Assembly: GCF_037042905.1 (NCBI RefSeq)
Contig: NC_087254.1
Location: 32,550,001 to 32,614,000 of the forward strand
DNA: 64,000 nucleotides
Direction: 5' to 3'
DNA from: Lytechinus pictus
Lineage: Eukaryota
The position numbers and the translations under genes were made by a program. The notes beneath the pieces were generated by a model. It was not told the origin of the DNA. It ran no database searches and was given only the letters and a program-made list of their open reading frames with translations. Of the stretch, positions 1-13,316 are shown piece by piece (the stretch's first letter is position 1; each line of letters begins with the position of its first letter).

Positions 1-140
1 GGTGAGGTAAATGGGTACCTGGCAGGATTGATTCCTTTAATGCACAAGTGCCTGTAGGTATATCCAGGGTAATATATAGTGCGCTACTGAATAGGCAAGT
101 AGACAATTGGCGCCTTATAAATGCTGCATGTTATTATCAT
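1..140 (+). mobile_element. 3' part of a tRNA-derived SINE
   Basis: GTAAATGGGTACC core and a GCGC..TATAAATG..TATTAT tail shared with the full copy at 46697-46985. Confidence 0.6.
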
Positions 141-2594
141 TTGTACCATCAGGTGGTGAAAATTCATTTTTTAATGATTAATAATTGCAAATATCAATTT
201 TTGTCAACAACACTTAGTACAAATCATATAATATCTACACATTCATGAAGATAAACAAATAAAATAACAGCATTGCTTTTCAATAAATCATTTAATTAAA
301 TTGGCCTGTTGTCATACATTTACAATGATAAATGGCCACATTTAATCTTCAAAACCACAATAAAGCCACGAAATATATATATTTCAGAAATGTTATGCTC
401 ATCTCAACATCAATTTTCTACTCCCCATTTTGAAATTAAACTTTCACCTTGAATACCACTATGAAATATTCTGTTATGATACATCAATTACATTATCATA
501 TCAATAACATGTTCCATATATTTAATCTCATTATCTCAATAAATGCCCTGTTGCACAATCTTTATGATGATAAATAATTCATAGGCATAAGCAAAATTCC
601 TTTGGTTTTCCCTATCTTGTGGGAAATGTACATATCATCCCTTTTATTAGTTCAAACATGTGCCATAGAGGTAGTTTGCAGGTATAAACCCACTGGATAT
701 ATTGGATTGTTCATTAGCAGTCTGAATTAAGAGACTAGGTTCAGCAATGTACTGTGGCCGCCCTCTTGACACAAAAGTCATAGTCTAAAGTCAGAGTTGA
801 TTTATAAACTCTGGTCTAAAGTTGTGGTTTAACATGGATAGCCATTTATCACATGATTCTCTAACATTAGATTTGAATGTTCAGTTCATTAGACACTAAA
901 ATAGTTCTTAATTGTCTGGGAACCATCACAGAATTAGGAAAGAGAATAGTAAACCAAATTTTTACCTTTTGGCTTCCCATAGGTTTAACACAGTTAAACC
1001 ACGGCCTATCTCCTGCTGTTTATTTTTTTAATCATTTATTACATCAGTCTTTTTTCTGTCTCAGAGCTTCCTTCTTAAAAGCATGTTTGAATATAAACTG
1101 CTTTTTACATTCTTCTTTTCATGCTCCACGATTATACAATGTTTTAATCATGAAAATCCTTTGTAAATATTGTGATTTTTGATGATTTATTCCAAATGTC
1201 AATCACAATTTTCCTTCTTTATTTAATGTTCAAGCCTAAGAATCAGGTGAAACTTACCAGATCCAATAATAAAAAGTTTTATTACTTCTCATCAATTTAT
1301 CACCAATAAAAACCACATTTCCTTTTCTATATCCACATTTTAGCTTTTTTGCTTTTGTTAGGTTTTTCATACCATAAATGGAAAGCTGATATGAACTATT
1401 CCCCCTCCCTTAAAAAATAAAAGGAAAAAAATGGGGGTGGGGGGAATTCCCCAATCCGTACAAAACAAAATAGCTTGGACTCCTTTTTTAGGTAATGGAA
1501 AAAGAACTGAGTCTTTTCGCTAGGAATGTTCCATGTTTTAGAGTTCCACAGCATTATCAGACATGGCATCACAAAAGCTAAGCATCATTTAGCATGCAAT
1601 GTAAATGGAAAATGATCTTCATGTTGCAAGGGGTTGCATTTTGTTTTGTTTGTTTGGTGTTTTTTTCTTGGGGGGGGGGGTCACCCCAGTCTAAAAAAAG
1701 TCCAACTATATAGAAAAATAAGATTAAGGTTAAAAGTTAAAGTAAAAAAAGATCTGTTCAAAGTTGCATGGATACTCGTGATCATGTGACACAAATTCTG
1801 ACAACATAATGAAATCGATGTGAAGGTTGTGTTTGTCAATGCAACATTAGGATATGTTTTCGAAAGTTGATGCATGTAAACCACATTCTTAAACAAGTAA
1901 AGCAATTTGTCTTGCCATTGCTATGACATGAAGTTTTCTGAAATTTGTTGAACCGATTCTCAAGGATGCTTTCAAACCAAAGACCTTTCAAAATGTTTGC
2001 TGATCACTAAATCTATCCTCAGTGCCTATCTTAATGATGCTTTGTGTTAATGATTTGGGCAAACAATTAAGGAGATATATATTGACCAATATTCAAAGTA
2101 GCTTACTCTCATTGTGCTTACATTTACCACATCCCCCCCCCCTCTTATTTATTGTTGGTGCTTGATAGTGTGATGAGTTGTTGGGATTACAACTTATTTT
2201 ATTTGCATGGTTTGTATTTCTCAATGTTTGTCAAAATTTTCTTTCTTTGGCTGGGAACTACCCTGTATAAGTTTTAATATTTTTTTCTAGTTTTGTGTTC
2301 TTTGTTTGTATTTACTTCTTTGCACATGTATATAATGTAATGTTTAAAATACTTGACAAGAAGAAATAAATCAACCAAATTGAACAGAAATCCAATGCTC
2401 AATTGTCTGGATTGTCACCGGGCCCTTTCCAATTAAGAGTTGAAACATACATTTGAGAAAAAATGTAATGAAAAAAAAATTAACCCATCAAAGACCGAGC
2501 TTACATATATGCAGCGTGAGGTCTATGGAAAATGCGTAGCATAATAGTAATTAGCCAGTCTCCAAAGGGTTAATTAATTTGTAAAAATTCTAAT

Positions 2595-5500
2595 CTACTT
2601 TTTCCTGAGGTTTTCTAGGTATCGTCCAAGATGTTTCTGTACCGGAGCTGTCTGGATGAAACTTGTGAACATGTCAATGTCTGACTCTCTGGTGTCTAGG
2701 AGTTTGGTGAGGGTGTGTTCACGGATCATACGCTTAGAAGCCATCCTAGCTATACCTGCACGAAGGGTGTGAAAAAAGAGCAAATCCAAAGAGAAAAATG
2801 ATCAATTCATGTGAGATTTTATCATACTAAAAAAAAAAAAACCCAAACTGAAAGAAACTTATAGAATCAAAAATTCCCTTTTCATAGTTAATGCAGGCAT
2901 GATATTCCCCTCTGAAAAAAATCTGAAAAACAGCCAAGGGTCGCTAAGTCACCGCCAAAGTCCAAGGCATCCCGGTCTGAGTTACAAGCTCTTGCATAGT
3001 AAAGAAATCGACAGTTACTATTTTTCAGGGTGAGTCTGCATGATAGTCACATTTGACTTAAAGGCAGTAAAAAACAGCATGAGAATGTTCTTGGGCAAAG
3101 GATTTCGTGTAAAAAAAAATCTGAAAAAAAAAAAAAAAAAAAAAATGGAATTCAAATTTTAATCGGGAGAATATCATGCCTGTTAATGGTAAAATGCATA
3201 ACTGATTTTCATTTTAGTTCAGTAAAAAGCTATAATCTTTGAGGCATTAATAAAGTTAAAGATAAATGCAAGTTGTGGCAACGATTTCAAAATGAGTTCA
3301 TCAGAATCAACTAAAATGAATACAAAGGTGTCTGTTTACAAACAAGAGGGGGTTCTGGAAGAAATTGTGTAATTTCTGAGAAGGAGAATACGCATGAAAT
3401 TGAAGCCAAATGTCAGGTATTTTTCCAATCACTAATCATACACTGTCCCGCATGTTCTTATCAGTGTCTGCGATCTACAGTGTGAGCGCTTTTCAGCTTA
3501 GACTCTATGTTTTCACAAAGTTCATTTTATTTAACTGTACCAGAAATAGATCCGCAATGATATAGTTACGATTGATCTTGGTTTTACAGACCTTCTTGTG
3601 AAATCGGTGTTTACTGCAAATACTTTCATTTAACTTTGAATGATGAAACAGGCAACATAGGCAGTATGGCAGAGTACAGCTAGCTTGCATTACTGATTAA
3701 ATCCAAGACTAGATAAGACTGACCATAGCCTCTAATGTAAATGGTAATGGTAAGTGGTGGTGATTTATTACCTGATTGCTAGGAAAGCATGAATGCTTGT
3801 AAGCAAGCAACCAGAGGACCGACATCTTAAGGTCCTCTCTGAGGGACCTGGTAATGTGGATTAATGCCTTACCAAAGTGGGAATCAAACCCAAGTCACCA
3901 AAATGTGAAACCCCCGCTCTACCGACTGAGCTATCGCGCCTCCATACCTGGTATTTTTATCCATTTCTGGATTTCTTCTCGTGCTCTGTCTACAACATTC
4001 TCAAGAGGTACAACTTCATCTACTAGACCAACCCCGAGGGCTTCATCAGGCTTGTACAACAGACCTGAGAGGTAAAGGATCAAAAGAAAATGGAAAGGTA
4101 TTATGTTCTATTTGGTTTATTTTTGCATTTCATAACATATCTTATAATAATGATAAATATTATAAAGGCACTTAATACCAGTGTTTTTAATCACTCAGTT
4201 TTCTGCCTATCAACTGTAAATAACCGGGGTAAATAAAAATGTAGTCTTCATAAATATATTTAGACATTAAAGATAAATGCCAGTTGTGACATGCCAGTGG
4301 TGACAATTCCAAAATGGGTTAAAATGGCCACCCAAGTGTTTGTATGCATAAATAAGAAATATGTGCCAAATGACTCCTGGACAAAATGTGTAGTTGCAGA
4401 GAAATGATACCATAAAATGTCAGTATTTCAATGTACCAGATTTAGATCAATGATAATATTGTGGCAATTAACCTTGATTTTAAAGGCTTTCTCAAGAAAT
4501 AATTATTTGCTGCAACTACTTTCTTTTACCTTTAACCCTAACTAGGCCGGGCTTTTTTGGCTGTTCTGTGGCCGGGGGGGGGTTGATTCAACCCCCCCCT
4601 GAGATCTCGGCCGCCGATCGCGCGAGCGCCGCAAAAATTTGCACGCTGGTAGTGTGCGATGTAATCTACAAGGCTGTATGGTAAAATTTTCAAAAATAAA
4701 GAGATTTTATTTTATATGAATTAATTATGCTAATTTATGCATAAATCATACTTTTTGCTCTAATTCACTAAATAAAGCTCCTAGAATGATGATTTTTGGT
4801 AAAAATATTCTTTGTAGCATTCTTAACAATGGCAATTGAAAAAAACTTCGGTTTGGAAATCAATTTCTTATGTATTTTATTGTTTTATGAATTTCTTATG
4901 TATTTCTTTGTTTTTCAACCTTTTGTTTTTCTTTGTTTTTTTCACCAGATTTATTGCACAACCTTTTTAAAGCATAATTGTGCTAAAATCAATTGCTTTC
5001 AGCTGTTTAAAGTAAAAATAATCATATCTTTATGAATAAGATGAGGAAACTCAATTTGCATTGACTTTGCACACAAAATCACGTTTTGGAGCAATTTTTG
5101 GTCTGACATGCACTTACAAAATGTTGCGTAATTTTAGAACCGCGTACCCGGGCGTCGTAAATTTGGTCTCAAAAGATGCGCAAGACTTAAAAGTATAAAC
5201 TCTGCCAGTGGCGCGGTCAAAAAATTTCGCGCGGCGGAATGATCGCAGAAAATGTTGAGGGGGGGTTGATTCAACCCCCCCCGGCCATTTTAGGGTTAAA
5301 AGGGTGGGTCGTTAGCAAATTCTTAAATTGATCAAGGGAGTTGGCATTATGGATGTGATCACTTGTCAAAACATTGTTGATATCAATTGACAAATCAATT
5401 GACAAAACAATTAAGGTCAACAATAATCAGAAAACAATCACACAATTTTCACTCTTCTTCATGCAAAGAATTTTTCTGTTCACTTAGAAATAAGTAAGTC

Positions 5501-7603
5501 ACATGCTCAAGTGTAGTACAGCTAACCGGTCACCAAGGCCCTGTAACACAAAGAATTGTGATCGACTGCTACTATGAAACATGATTCTGATTGATTACTG
5601 GGCCCTGTCTTATAAAGAGTTGCGATTAATCCAATCAATCGCAATTATGGAAAGCCAGCAAAGTCAACATATAAAATGCATGTTCATTTAAAACAAAATT
5701 CTAGATATGAATGTATATCCATAAATTCATTGATTTCTTGCAAATTTCATGTAGAAAAAATTATGACACTGATGGATTTCCATAGAGTTACGATTGATTG
5801 GATCAATCATAACTCTTTGTAAGACAGGGCCCTGATCAATATCCTGAACAAAATGAGCATGCAACAATGACCTCTATTGGTCACTGCCCTTTTGCCTTTT
5901 TTTTTTTTTTACATCAGTCTAAATCACATCTCAAAAATCATTTGATGACCAAAAGAAATAGTATTCTCAATAATCAAAGAACATCTTGATGGGCAAATAT
6001 TAAAATTGAGCTTACCAAGTCCAAGCGCCCTCTCTGTTTCCCTTTGGCCAATCGTATTCTGCATTGTATCTTTAAACCAAAATGGTGCCACAATACCCTG
6101 CATGAAATAAACAACCACCATACATGTATATTTTCATGATATTATTGTAATTATTGTAATATACTCTGGGGTAATTGTGAAATAGTTCATCTAAGCCGAA
6201 TAATCATTTCATGGAAATGTGCAATACAAGTTATTACCAATTCCTCCCCAAGAACCAATTACCAATACACAACCATCGTAAACAAAAAATTAATTTACTC
6301 TCTATCAGTAATATAAAGAACTATCAAATTGCAATTTTCATGCACTTATTTCTCGACAATTCTCTTTCCTTTTCTATGATGATTTTTTTGTAAAAAAACA
6401 AATCTGTTAGTAATTACATTACCAGACAGTCTGAAAACTTTTATTTGCCTAATTTCAAATATAATTTCTCACGAACTACAATCGAATATATTGGACCTAC
6501 TCTCTGGAATAGTTTACCCAATGATCTCAAATCTTGCCCTTCACTCAACTCATTTAAACGAACTTATAGAAAATGTTCTCATAAACTTTTTGTTTCTTAA
6601 GCCGTTTTGATGATTCTAGCTTTTTGTGTTTTTGCCTAGGTTAGTTCTGTTTTTAACACTTTTTGTCTGTTCACAACCGTTTTGTTTTGCCTTTGATGGG
6701 CCGTTGGCCTTTGTTCAATTCCACACATTGGTATTCTCTGTATTTTGTGTAATCCTGTGTGTAATATGCCTATTTTATCACTGTAATTGTATATATTGTC
6801 TTTTTATGCAAATGTGAAATATATCGAATTGAAATATTAAGGCACATGAAAATGTTTGTTTACATACAAGCAAACTCAATGATTGTAAAAACCTATTCAT
6901 GAATGTTTAATTCTTGTTGAAATCCACACTAAACAAAGAAATTGAAATCACCAAGTGGTTATCTGGTAAACCCTGAAGTACATCTCCATTTTTATTTATC
7001 CAACCCCTTCCACGTCACCTAATTTATTGAGCAAATTGTTGAACATAAACATTCCAGGACTGAAGACTGATTGAAACAATTTTATTCCTTTTAAAGAAAT
7101 GGGAATATACTGCTGGAGAATGAACATCAAAATAAACACAAAATTTTTGGTATGGAGAAGATTTTTCAAGGTATTCTGGAAATAAGCAAAATGTTCTTCA
7201 GGCCTACTTAAATGTTTGGGTGAGAATAGCAGGCCTCTGTATGCATGGGAGATGGGGTCCCAGAACAAAAGGACTAATAACATCTGTACGACATAGTTGT
7301 AGCTGATTTCTAATCCCCATGACTGCTTAATAGTTCAATGCTTATCCTCTCACAAATATACTTAAAGGAAATCTAGCACAAATATAAAAATCTGTTCTCA
7401 GTCACTATTTGGGCAAGATGGAAAGAAAGGAAACTTACCAAGTGTACTTCATTGAGGCCCATAGTGAAAGGTCCGTCAGCCATTATCCGATGGTCACATG
7501 ACATAGCTATTGCACATCCTCCAGCAGGGGAATGACCCTACACAAAACAATGAGAATGGTATATTGACATAATATGGAGGGAAGGGCTTGCCCCCCCCCC
7601 CCC

Positions 7604-7635
<32 letters not shown>

Positions 7636-10600
7636 GGAGGGGAAAAAGGAACCACAAATCAAACATTGCATTGTATTTTTTTACATAAAATTTGACAATT
7701 ACAAGTAATACCCTGGAATATGCTTTCAATTGCACTACCGACTACATTTAAATTTATCAATTCTTTTTATACCTCACAATCGGACAGGTCAAAGTTTTAA
7801 AAACACATTGGCACTATCATTTCTCCCATGTAACCTAAATCCAATACATTTTATCATTTTTGTTTCTCTCCATCCTCCCAATGCTCTCTTGTGTCTTTGG
7901 CTAGTTGAGCTCCATGCCCACAATAACTTGGACTACGATTTCTGGAAAATATGTAGTACCAGTATACTCAAATGAAATCATGTTCACCAGAGGCTAACCA
8001 AACTTAACATTACCTGAAATCCAGTTCAAACGCTACTATAACGCTTCTATTCCTAAACACTTCCTCCTTTAAAAACTGAATTAAAATTGGAAAATGATTT
8101 TTCAAAACAAAAAGTACGAAACAGAGGGTAAGATACAAAGGGCTGGGGGATACTTTGCCCAATGACCAAAACAGCATCAGTTAGGAGCAAAATAACCTCC
8201 GTATATTATCATTAGCACAATTAAAGAAGAATTGTAATTAACAATGCCAAGAAATGGCCCCCACACAGAGAAGTTATGCCCAATAGTATAGGAGCTCATC
8301 ATACCGTGACTGCAGCGATTGTTGCTAATCTGCTGTTATAGAGTGTCAGCCAGAAATCTTGAAGGCTACGCCAGAAGCGATCTGTTGATTCTGGAGGAGC
8401 TTGGTACATCTCTGTGATATCAAGACCTGCTGAGAAGATCTTTGGACATCCCTGGATGGGGGTCGGGGGATGTTACAGAGGTTATTATTGTACAAGTTGT
8501 GCTATATAGCTCCTAGATATCTCGCACATTAATGTTGATAATGGTAATGGCATAAATGTGTAAAGCGCAGGAATTGTGTGTATATTCTCCTGCACTACAA
8601 AAGATCAAACTTTTTGAGCATACAAATAACTTCCTTATCAGGGTAAAATGATTGATCATTAATAAGAATAATAATGTGAATTATAAAGCACCAAATCCAC
8701 TCTGAAGAGTGCTCAAGGCGCATAAAGAGCTAAGAGTTAAATAAAAAAGTTTCTAGAAGAATTTTGAAAGTTTCGACAGAGGTACATTTTTTTTATATCT
8801 TCAGGAAGGCTATTCCACAAAGTAGGGCATGCAAAAGCAAATGATCTTTCATTATTATCTATAGTTTCATCTTTTCCAATAAGCCCTCAAAGTACACATC
8901 CTATACACATCTTTTTTTTAGAATTAGAACGTTTTTCAACAACAAAGAAGTGAAGGTATGAACTCACTGATGTAATGATCAGACCCTGCATATGATGGTC
9001 TTCCTCAAGATCATCAATGGCAGCTTTGAGTTCTTGAAGGAATACTGTGTTCAGACTATTTACAGGGGCACGATTCATTGACAAGACAGCATAACCTGAA
9101 ATAAATGAAATACTTTGATAGGGTTTGTTCACACGTGGAAGAAAACAATGTTAACAACATATTGGCCGGTATTCTGAAGTCAGGTTTAACTTAGACCATG
9201 GTCTAACCCCAAAAACCAAATAATTCTGCTTCTTACATTTACTATTTTGTTGCCCTTTGCTTTCATAATGAAGAATATATTTCAGTTATCATTCTGAGAC
9301 AGTTATAAATGATTTGAGTGTCATTAGGCCGATTGGCTCTCTATAGTTAAACTACAACTTTAAACCAGGGTTTAATTTAAACATGGGTTCAGAATATGGG
9401 CCTTCCTGTACAAAATGCTGCATTGTGGATATGACAGACAGGAGATACAGTAGAAGATTATGGCCAGTATTCTGAACTTGGGTTTAATATAAACTCTGGT
9501 CTAAAGTTGTCAGGAAAAGATAACTAAAAATGTTTTCCACACCATTAAAGAATGAGGAAACACAGGGGCCGCGGAAGCAGGGGGGTGGGCCATGCCCCCC
9601 ACATTTTTTTTTTTCAAAACCGTGTACAAGAACGTAAAAATGACCATATGATTGTGATTTTTTGCATGGTGAGCCCCCCACTTTGAAAACCATTCTGCGG
9701 CCCCTGAAACAGAAAAGTAAACATAAAAAACAAACATTGCAAACAAACTTTTGAGTCAACTTGGCATAATATCAGCAGAGAGTTAGACCATGGTCTAAGT
9801 TAAACCAGGGCCACATAACACAAAGGTTAGGGATTGATCGCTATTAAAAGAGCATTTCTGATTGGTTCCTAGTCAGTCTACTGAGCAAAATGTGCATAGG
9901 CCATTTCATTTAGTGATTAATCACTAACCTTTGTGTTATGGGGTCCTGACTTCAGAGGGAATATGGGCCTATAACACTAACTAGCTTTTGCAATAACAAG
10001 CATTGTGGCAACAACTCTGTGCCGATGGAAAAGCAGGCATAATTTTTTTTTTTCAGATCGACAAGAAAGTTTTTGCCGACCTTCCTGATTAAAAAAGGCT
10101 AATTTGGAATTGTATGGCAAACAGAAGAATGTAAACAATATTGAGATGGGCATAGGAATTAGGTCTTTCCAGAATGATCATATGTTCTTACAGCAACACA
10201 AGAAAAGGAACTATACCGTAAGTTCTTTTTTATAAACTTTTTGTTGCTCTTTCCTGATGCAAGTTTACATTTTGCTTGATCCTGCGTAACCTGAGAAATT
10301 GCCACATTGTGAAAAATGGCATAATAGAACAGGGGTTTCAGGAAAATCTGCACATTAAGCTAATCTGGAAACTAAACCTAAACCTAATCTAACAGTGTTT
10401 TTTTCAGCAACACATTAGATTGCGCCTCCTACCCACATAATCATCAAACATATTTTCACAGGAGCCATTGCTGCAGGACTATGTCTGGTCAACTGTCCTT
10501 GAAAATCACCTTGAAATGACCCACCTTTATCTTTTTCTACCTTGACTAGTCCATCATCACTGCTATACATCCTGGAGAGGGTCTGGCTGACTGGGACACC

Positions 10601-10656
10601 ATTCCTGGAAAGCTGTGAGGCAACCAAAGACCTTTGGGCCTGGTGAACACAGGGTC
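2595..10656 (-). CDS. ECI1: Mitochondrial enoyl-CoA delta isomerase 1 (crotonase fold), 7 coding exons; first exon lies further upstream
   Basis: Phase-consistent GT-AG exons: 10525-10656, 8968-9095, 8305-8451, 7439-7537, 6016-6097, 3948-4064, 2595-2755 (TAG). Translation includes a transit-like SQTLSRMYSS, YAVLSMNRAPVNSLN, IFSAGLDITEMY, FWRSLQDFWLTLY, GHSPAGGCAIAMSCDHRIM, MGLNEVHLGIVAPFWF (catalytic Glu motif), GLVDEVV and KHLGRYLENLRKK*, all typical of ECI1. Confidence 0.93.
3260..3635. mobile_element. TTAA-associated non-autonomous DNA transposon (Kolobok-type MITE)
   Basis: TTAA|AGATAAATGCAAGTTGTG left end with a degenerate inverted right end; a related copy is at 4271-4531. Confidence 0.5.
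3755..3943 (-). mobile_element. tRNA-derived SINE
   Basis: Minus strand GGCGCGATAGCTCAGTCGGTAGAGCG (A box)...GGTTTGATTCCC (B-box-like), followed by a non-tRNA body. Confidence 0.65.
4271..4531. mobile_element. Kolobok-type MITE (second copy)
   Basis: TTAA|AGATAAATGCCAGTTGTG ... CAACTACTTTCTTTTACCT|TTAA; homologous to 3260-3635. Confidence 0.55.
4536..5295. mobile_element. Non-autonomous piggyBac-type element
   Basis: TTAA|CCCTAA ... TTAGGG|TTAA termini with a TTAA TSD; the palindrome GGGGGGTTGATTCAACCCCCC occurs near both ends. Confidence 0.8.
5601..5831. mobile_element. PIF/Harbinger-type MITE
   Basis: TIR GGCCCTGTCTTA / TAAGACAGGGCC with a 3-bp CTG TSD and extended inverted arms. Confidence 0.7.
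6270..6590 (+). mobile_element. Decayed 3' end of an L2/Crack-clade LINE ORF2
   Basis: Translates as NYITRQSENFYLP...IGPTLWNSLPNDLKSCPSLNSFKR (WNSLP motif). Confidence 0.7.
8665..8850 (-). mobile_element. 3' end of an L2-type LINE
   Basis: Reverse complement of 51312-51491 (FAFACPTLWNSLPEDI plus a TAT-rich tail). Confidence 0.7.
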
Positions 10657-11274
10657 CTACAAGTACAACAAGATAATGAATGAAAAGAAGCAAAAGGTTT
10701 CTTTGTAATTTGTCAAGGACAAGAAGCCCAACATAATTAAGCTCTCTGGGCCTAGTATAACTAACAGGATGGGTTTCCGACACATTATATTAAATAGATG
10801 AAAATTAAAGTCATACTTTTATCTTGGTTTTCTCAACATAAGTAGAGTAGGCAATCGCACTAGATTAGTGCTGTACACATGTGTCCAAAAAGTCAATAGG
10901 TGAAGTGGCCTCAAATTTTCTTTCTATATTGAATGAACAATGTAGTTAAACGCAGCGACCCCTCACATTTTCTGGCAACCAAGTTGATTAATGTGACAAG
11001 TTTCCACGGCTCATCACAGAGGCTCAAACAGTCTAGGTCAGCATAAAGACTTTAAAATGCCTATTTTTAGCCACTAACCCACACAGTATAGCCTATAGAG
11101 ATGGACCAATATGCTACATGTATTTCCAGGCACATTTTATGGGGTATTTAAGCCTTATTTTTCACTATTTAGGAAATTAAAGTTTTGAGCAATGTCTGTG
11201 ATAATAATGCTAATAAAGACTAAAATGCTTTTTAGTAGAAATGCTGTTTCACTTTTTTGTCCTACGTTACTGGA

Positions 11275-11516
11275 TCTGGATACGATGCAGGGCCCTCCTG
11301 GGCATAAACGCAACGGGTACTTGACCTGAATTTTGCCGGGACCGGCAGGTGCAATAAACCGGGTGAACACCCTACTCTTTGACGAATAGTGTATTGGTTT
11401 TTAACATGCATAGGTTGTGACTCTCCTATACAAGAGACCAACATTTGCGTCCTTTCCGATGGACGGAGTGTTTTCCAACTGCATTCGCACCTGCACTGAA
11501 TACAGTGGTGAGGCAC
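11275..11516 (-). mobile_element. SINE body with a Deu/Nin-like conserved domain
   Basis: Minus strand CTCCGTCCATCGGAAAGGACG...TGCATGTTAAAAACC...AAGAGTAGGGTGTTCACCCGG resembles the Nin/Deu SINE core. Confidence 0.55.
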
Positions 11517-11824
11517 GCTATAAACTAGACCAAAAGCTTCAGTCTCTGTTATGTTGGTTGTTCAGCTGAACTCCGTTGGCTTCACTCACCAAATACAGAG
11601 ACCGAAATTCTAGCGCGATCTGTACAGGGGACTCAATGGCCATATGTTTATGTACTTAAGAGCGGATAAAACGGGGAAGTGAATTTGCGCGACAGCCGAG
11701 GTAAGTCACTGTTTTTGTTCCTTTTAACTTGATTTTTCTCTGTTTTTTGGCAATTAATGCCAAGAGGGAATATTGATTTGCATTTTGGTCGCGTTAATTT
11801 TCAAAAATTTTATTCATTAAAGAC

Positions 11825-12110
11825 AAAAATTGAAGAGCCCCGACGGGAGGATTTTGCATTGCAAGTCCCCTAATGGTGGCTGCACGATAGCGAGCCATCT
11901 GTGTACGAGGAGAAATAAAAAAAATTAAAAAATGTTAAAAAACTCCTCGAAACAGACGGCTGCCAGCTGTCTAGCTATAAACACACAACGCTATAGCATC
12001 AGACTTTTTTGTTAGACGCGCTCTGGCAAGAGCGGGACTCGAACCCCTCATGTTCAGATCTACAATCTTATCCGAAACATGCGCTTTAACCGACTGAGCT
12101 ACGCTGCCTC
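11825..12110 (-). mobile_element. tRNA-derived SINE
   Basis: Head GGCAGCGTAGCTCAGTCGGTTAAAGCG...GGTTCGAGTCCC carries A and B boxes and runs into a non-tRNA body. Confidence 0.65.
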
Positions 12111-12469
12111 CTTATGTTACCTAACATAAGCTTAAATTTAAAAAAGTTCAACCTAATTCCTTCGGCTGCCATCATTATCAAGTATCATTTTAATTTCAAT
12201 CAAAATTGAATATCGGATTCGGAATAGATCTCGATCTTTACTGTGTCTCCTTTACTTTCAGACAATCTATGAAATATTTATTGTTAAGTTCCTGAAATTG
12301 CTGCCTTCTGTGGACAAACAAAAACAGACCCTAGCCAACTACACTTGACTTTGCAGTGACTTTCAGAATTTCATGCCTCACACTCACTATTTTATCAATC
12401 TCATTCTCAATATGTGGGACCAGACAAATGATCACTAACATTACAGTCACAGTTGCGACTCGGATTTAC

Positions 12470-12494
12470 CTGCCCTTGAACATGTATATTTCAT
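12470..12494 (-). CDS. Candidate first coding exon of ECI1 (MKYTCSRA-G)
   Basis: ATG AAA TAT ACA TGT TCA AGG GCA G|gtaaat gives the phase-1 donor needed to join exon 10525-10656 and sits next to a promoter-like region. An alternative phase-1 candidate is 12121-12175 (MMAAEGIRLNFFKFKLML-G|gtaaca). Confidence 0.4.
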
Positions 12495-12644
12495 TTAAAC
12501 ATTTCTAACATTTTAGATATCTAATACTATACGTTATAAAGGTAATATATGTCATACTCACTGATGAATCGGGACAGGAAAGACATGTTTTTTATTGGAA
12601 GTTTTGCCAAGTTAACTCAAAAGCAGAAAGTTGTGTGGTGTCGA

Positions 12645-12660
12645 ACGATAGATGGCGCTA
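12645..12660 (+). promoter_or_regulatory. CTCF-like motif in the presumed ECI1 promoter
   Basis: ACGATAGATGGCGCTA resembles the CTCF core (CCAC/GYAGRKGGCRC); it also overlaps a YY1-like AGATGGCG. Confidence 0.4.
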
Positions 12661-13152
12661 AACCTCGAAAGAACGCGAGCGCGAGGCGGTTCTGCGTGTG
12701 TGAACTCCATAGGCAGCCGCAGCACCCCGGGAATTTTGGTAGATGTAGCCAAATTGAGAAATATACCAAAAATTACCAATTGTAGTGTAACCCAGCCCCC
12801 TTTTTTTGCTTGTCAAATTTTTCGGGGCCAAATTGACCTCCATTTTGTTGCGGAACCCCCCTTTTTTTTTTGCTTGTCAAATTTACATCAGCACCCCTCG
12901 TTAAAAAAAATCGTTCCAAGCAGGGCCCTGATACCCTATGTAGTGCCACCGCATCTTATATGAATCTTATATCAATTGTATAGTTTCAGTCATAGTTTCA
13001 ACTAATTATTTCATAATACAGACTGGATTTCCAGTGGGTGCTTTACATACGCAGACTTGGGACCGGCGGTGTGTCTGTACAATTCCCAGCTAGAGCCATG
13101 CCCCCACCCCCCCCCCCCAAAAAAAAAAAGGTGTGCACTCTAAATTACAAGG

Positions 13153-13316
13153 AAATCCAGATCGGCTGTGAATAGTGAACAGCCGAATATTATATTTAGA
13201 TTTAAACCCAGTTGATTTAACTACAAATCTAAAAGATTTTGAATCTTTTGAGATCCTTAAGATTTGAAATAAATTAAAAATTCGGCTGGTCACTGTTTAC
13301 AGCCGATCTGGATTTA
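13153..13316. repeat. Palindromic MITE-like element
   Basis: AAATCCAGATCGGCTGTGAATAGTGAACAGCCGAAT ... ATTCGGCTGGTCACTGTTTACAGCCGATCTGGATTT inverted arms. Confidence 0.6.

Noticed and set aside
12024-12108. Possible intron-containing tRNA gene
   Set aside because: The acceptor and T stems pair poorly, and the sequence continues into a repeat body; better explained as a SINE head.
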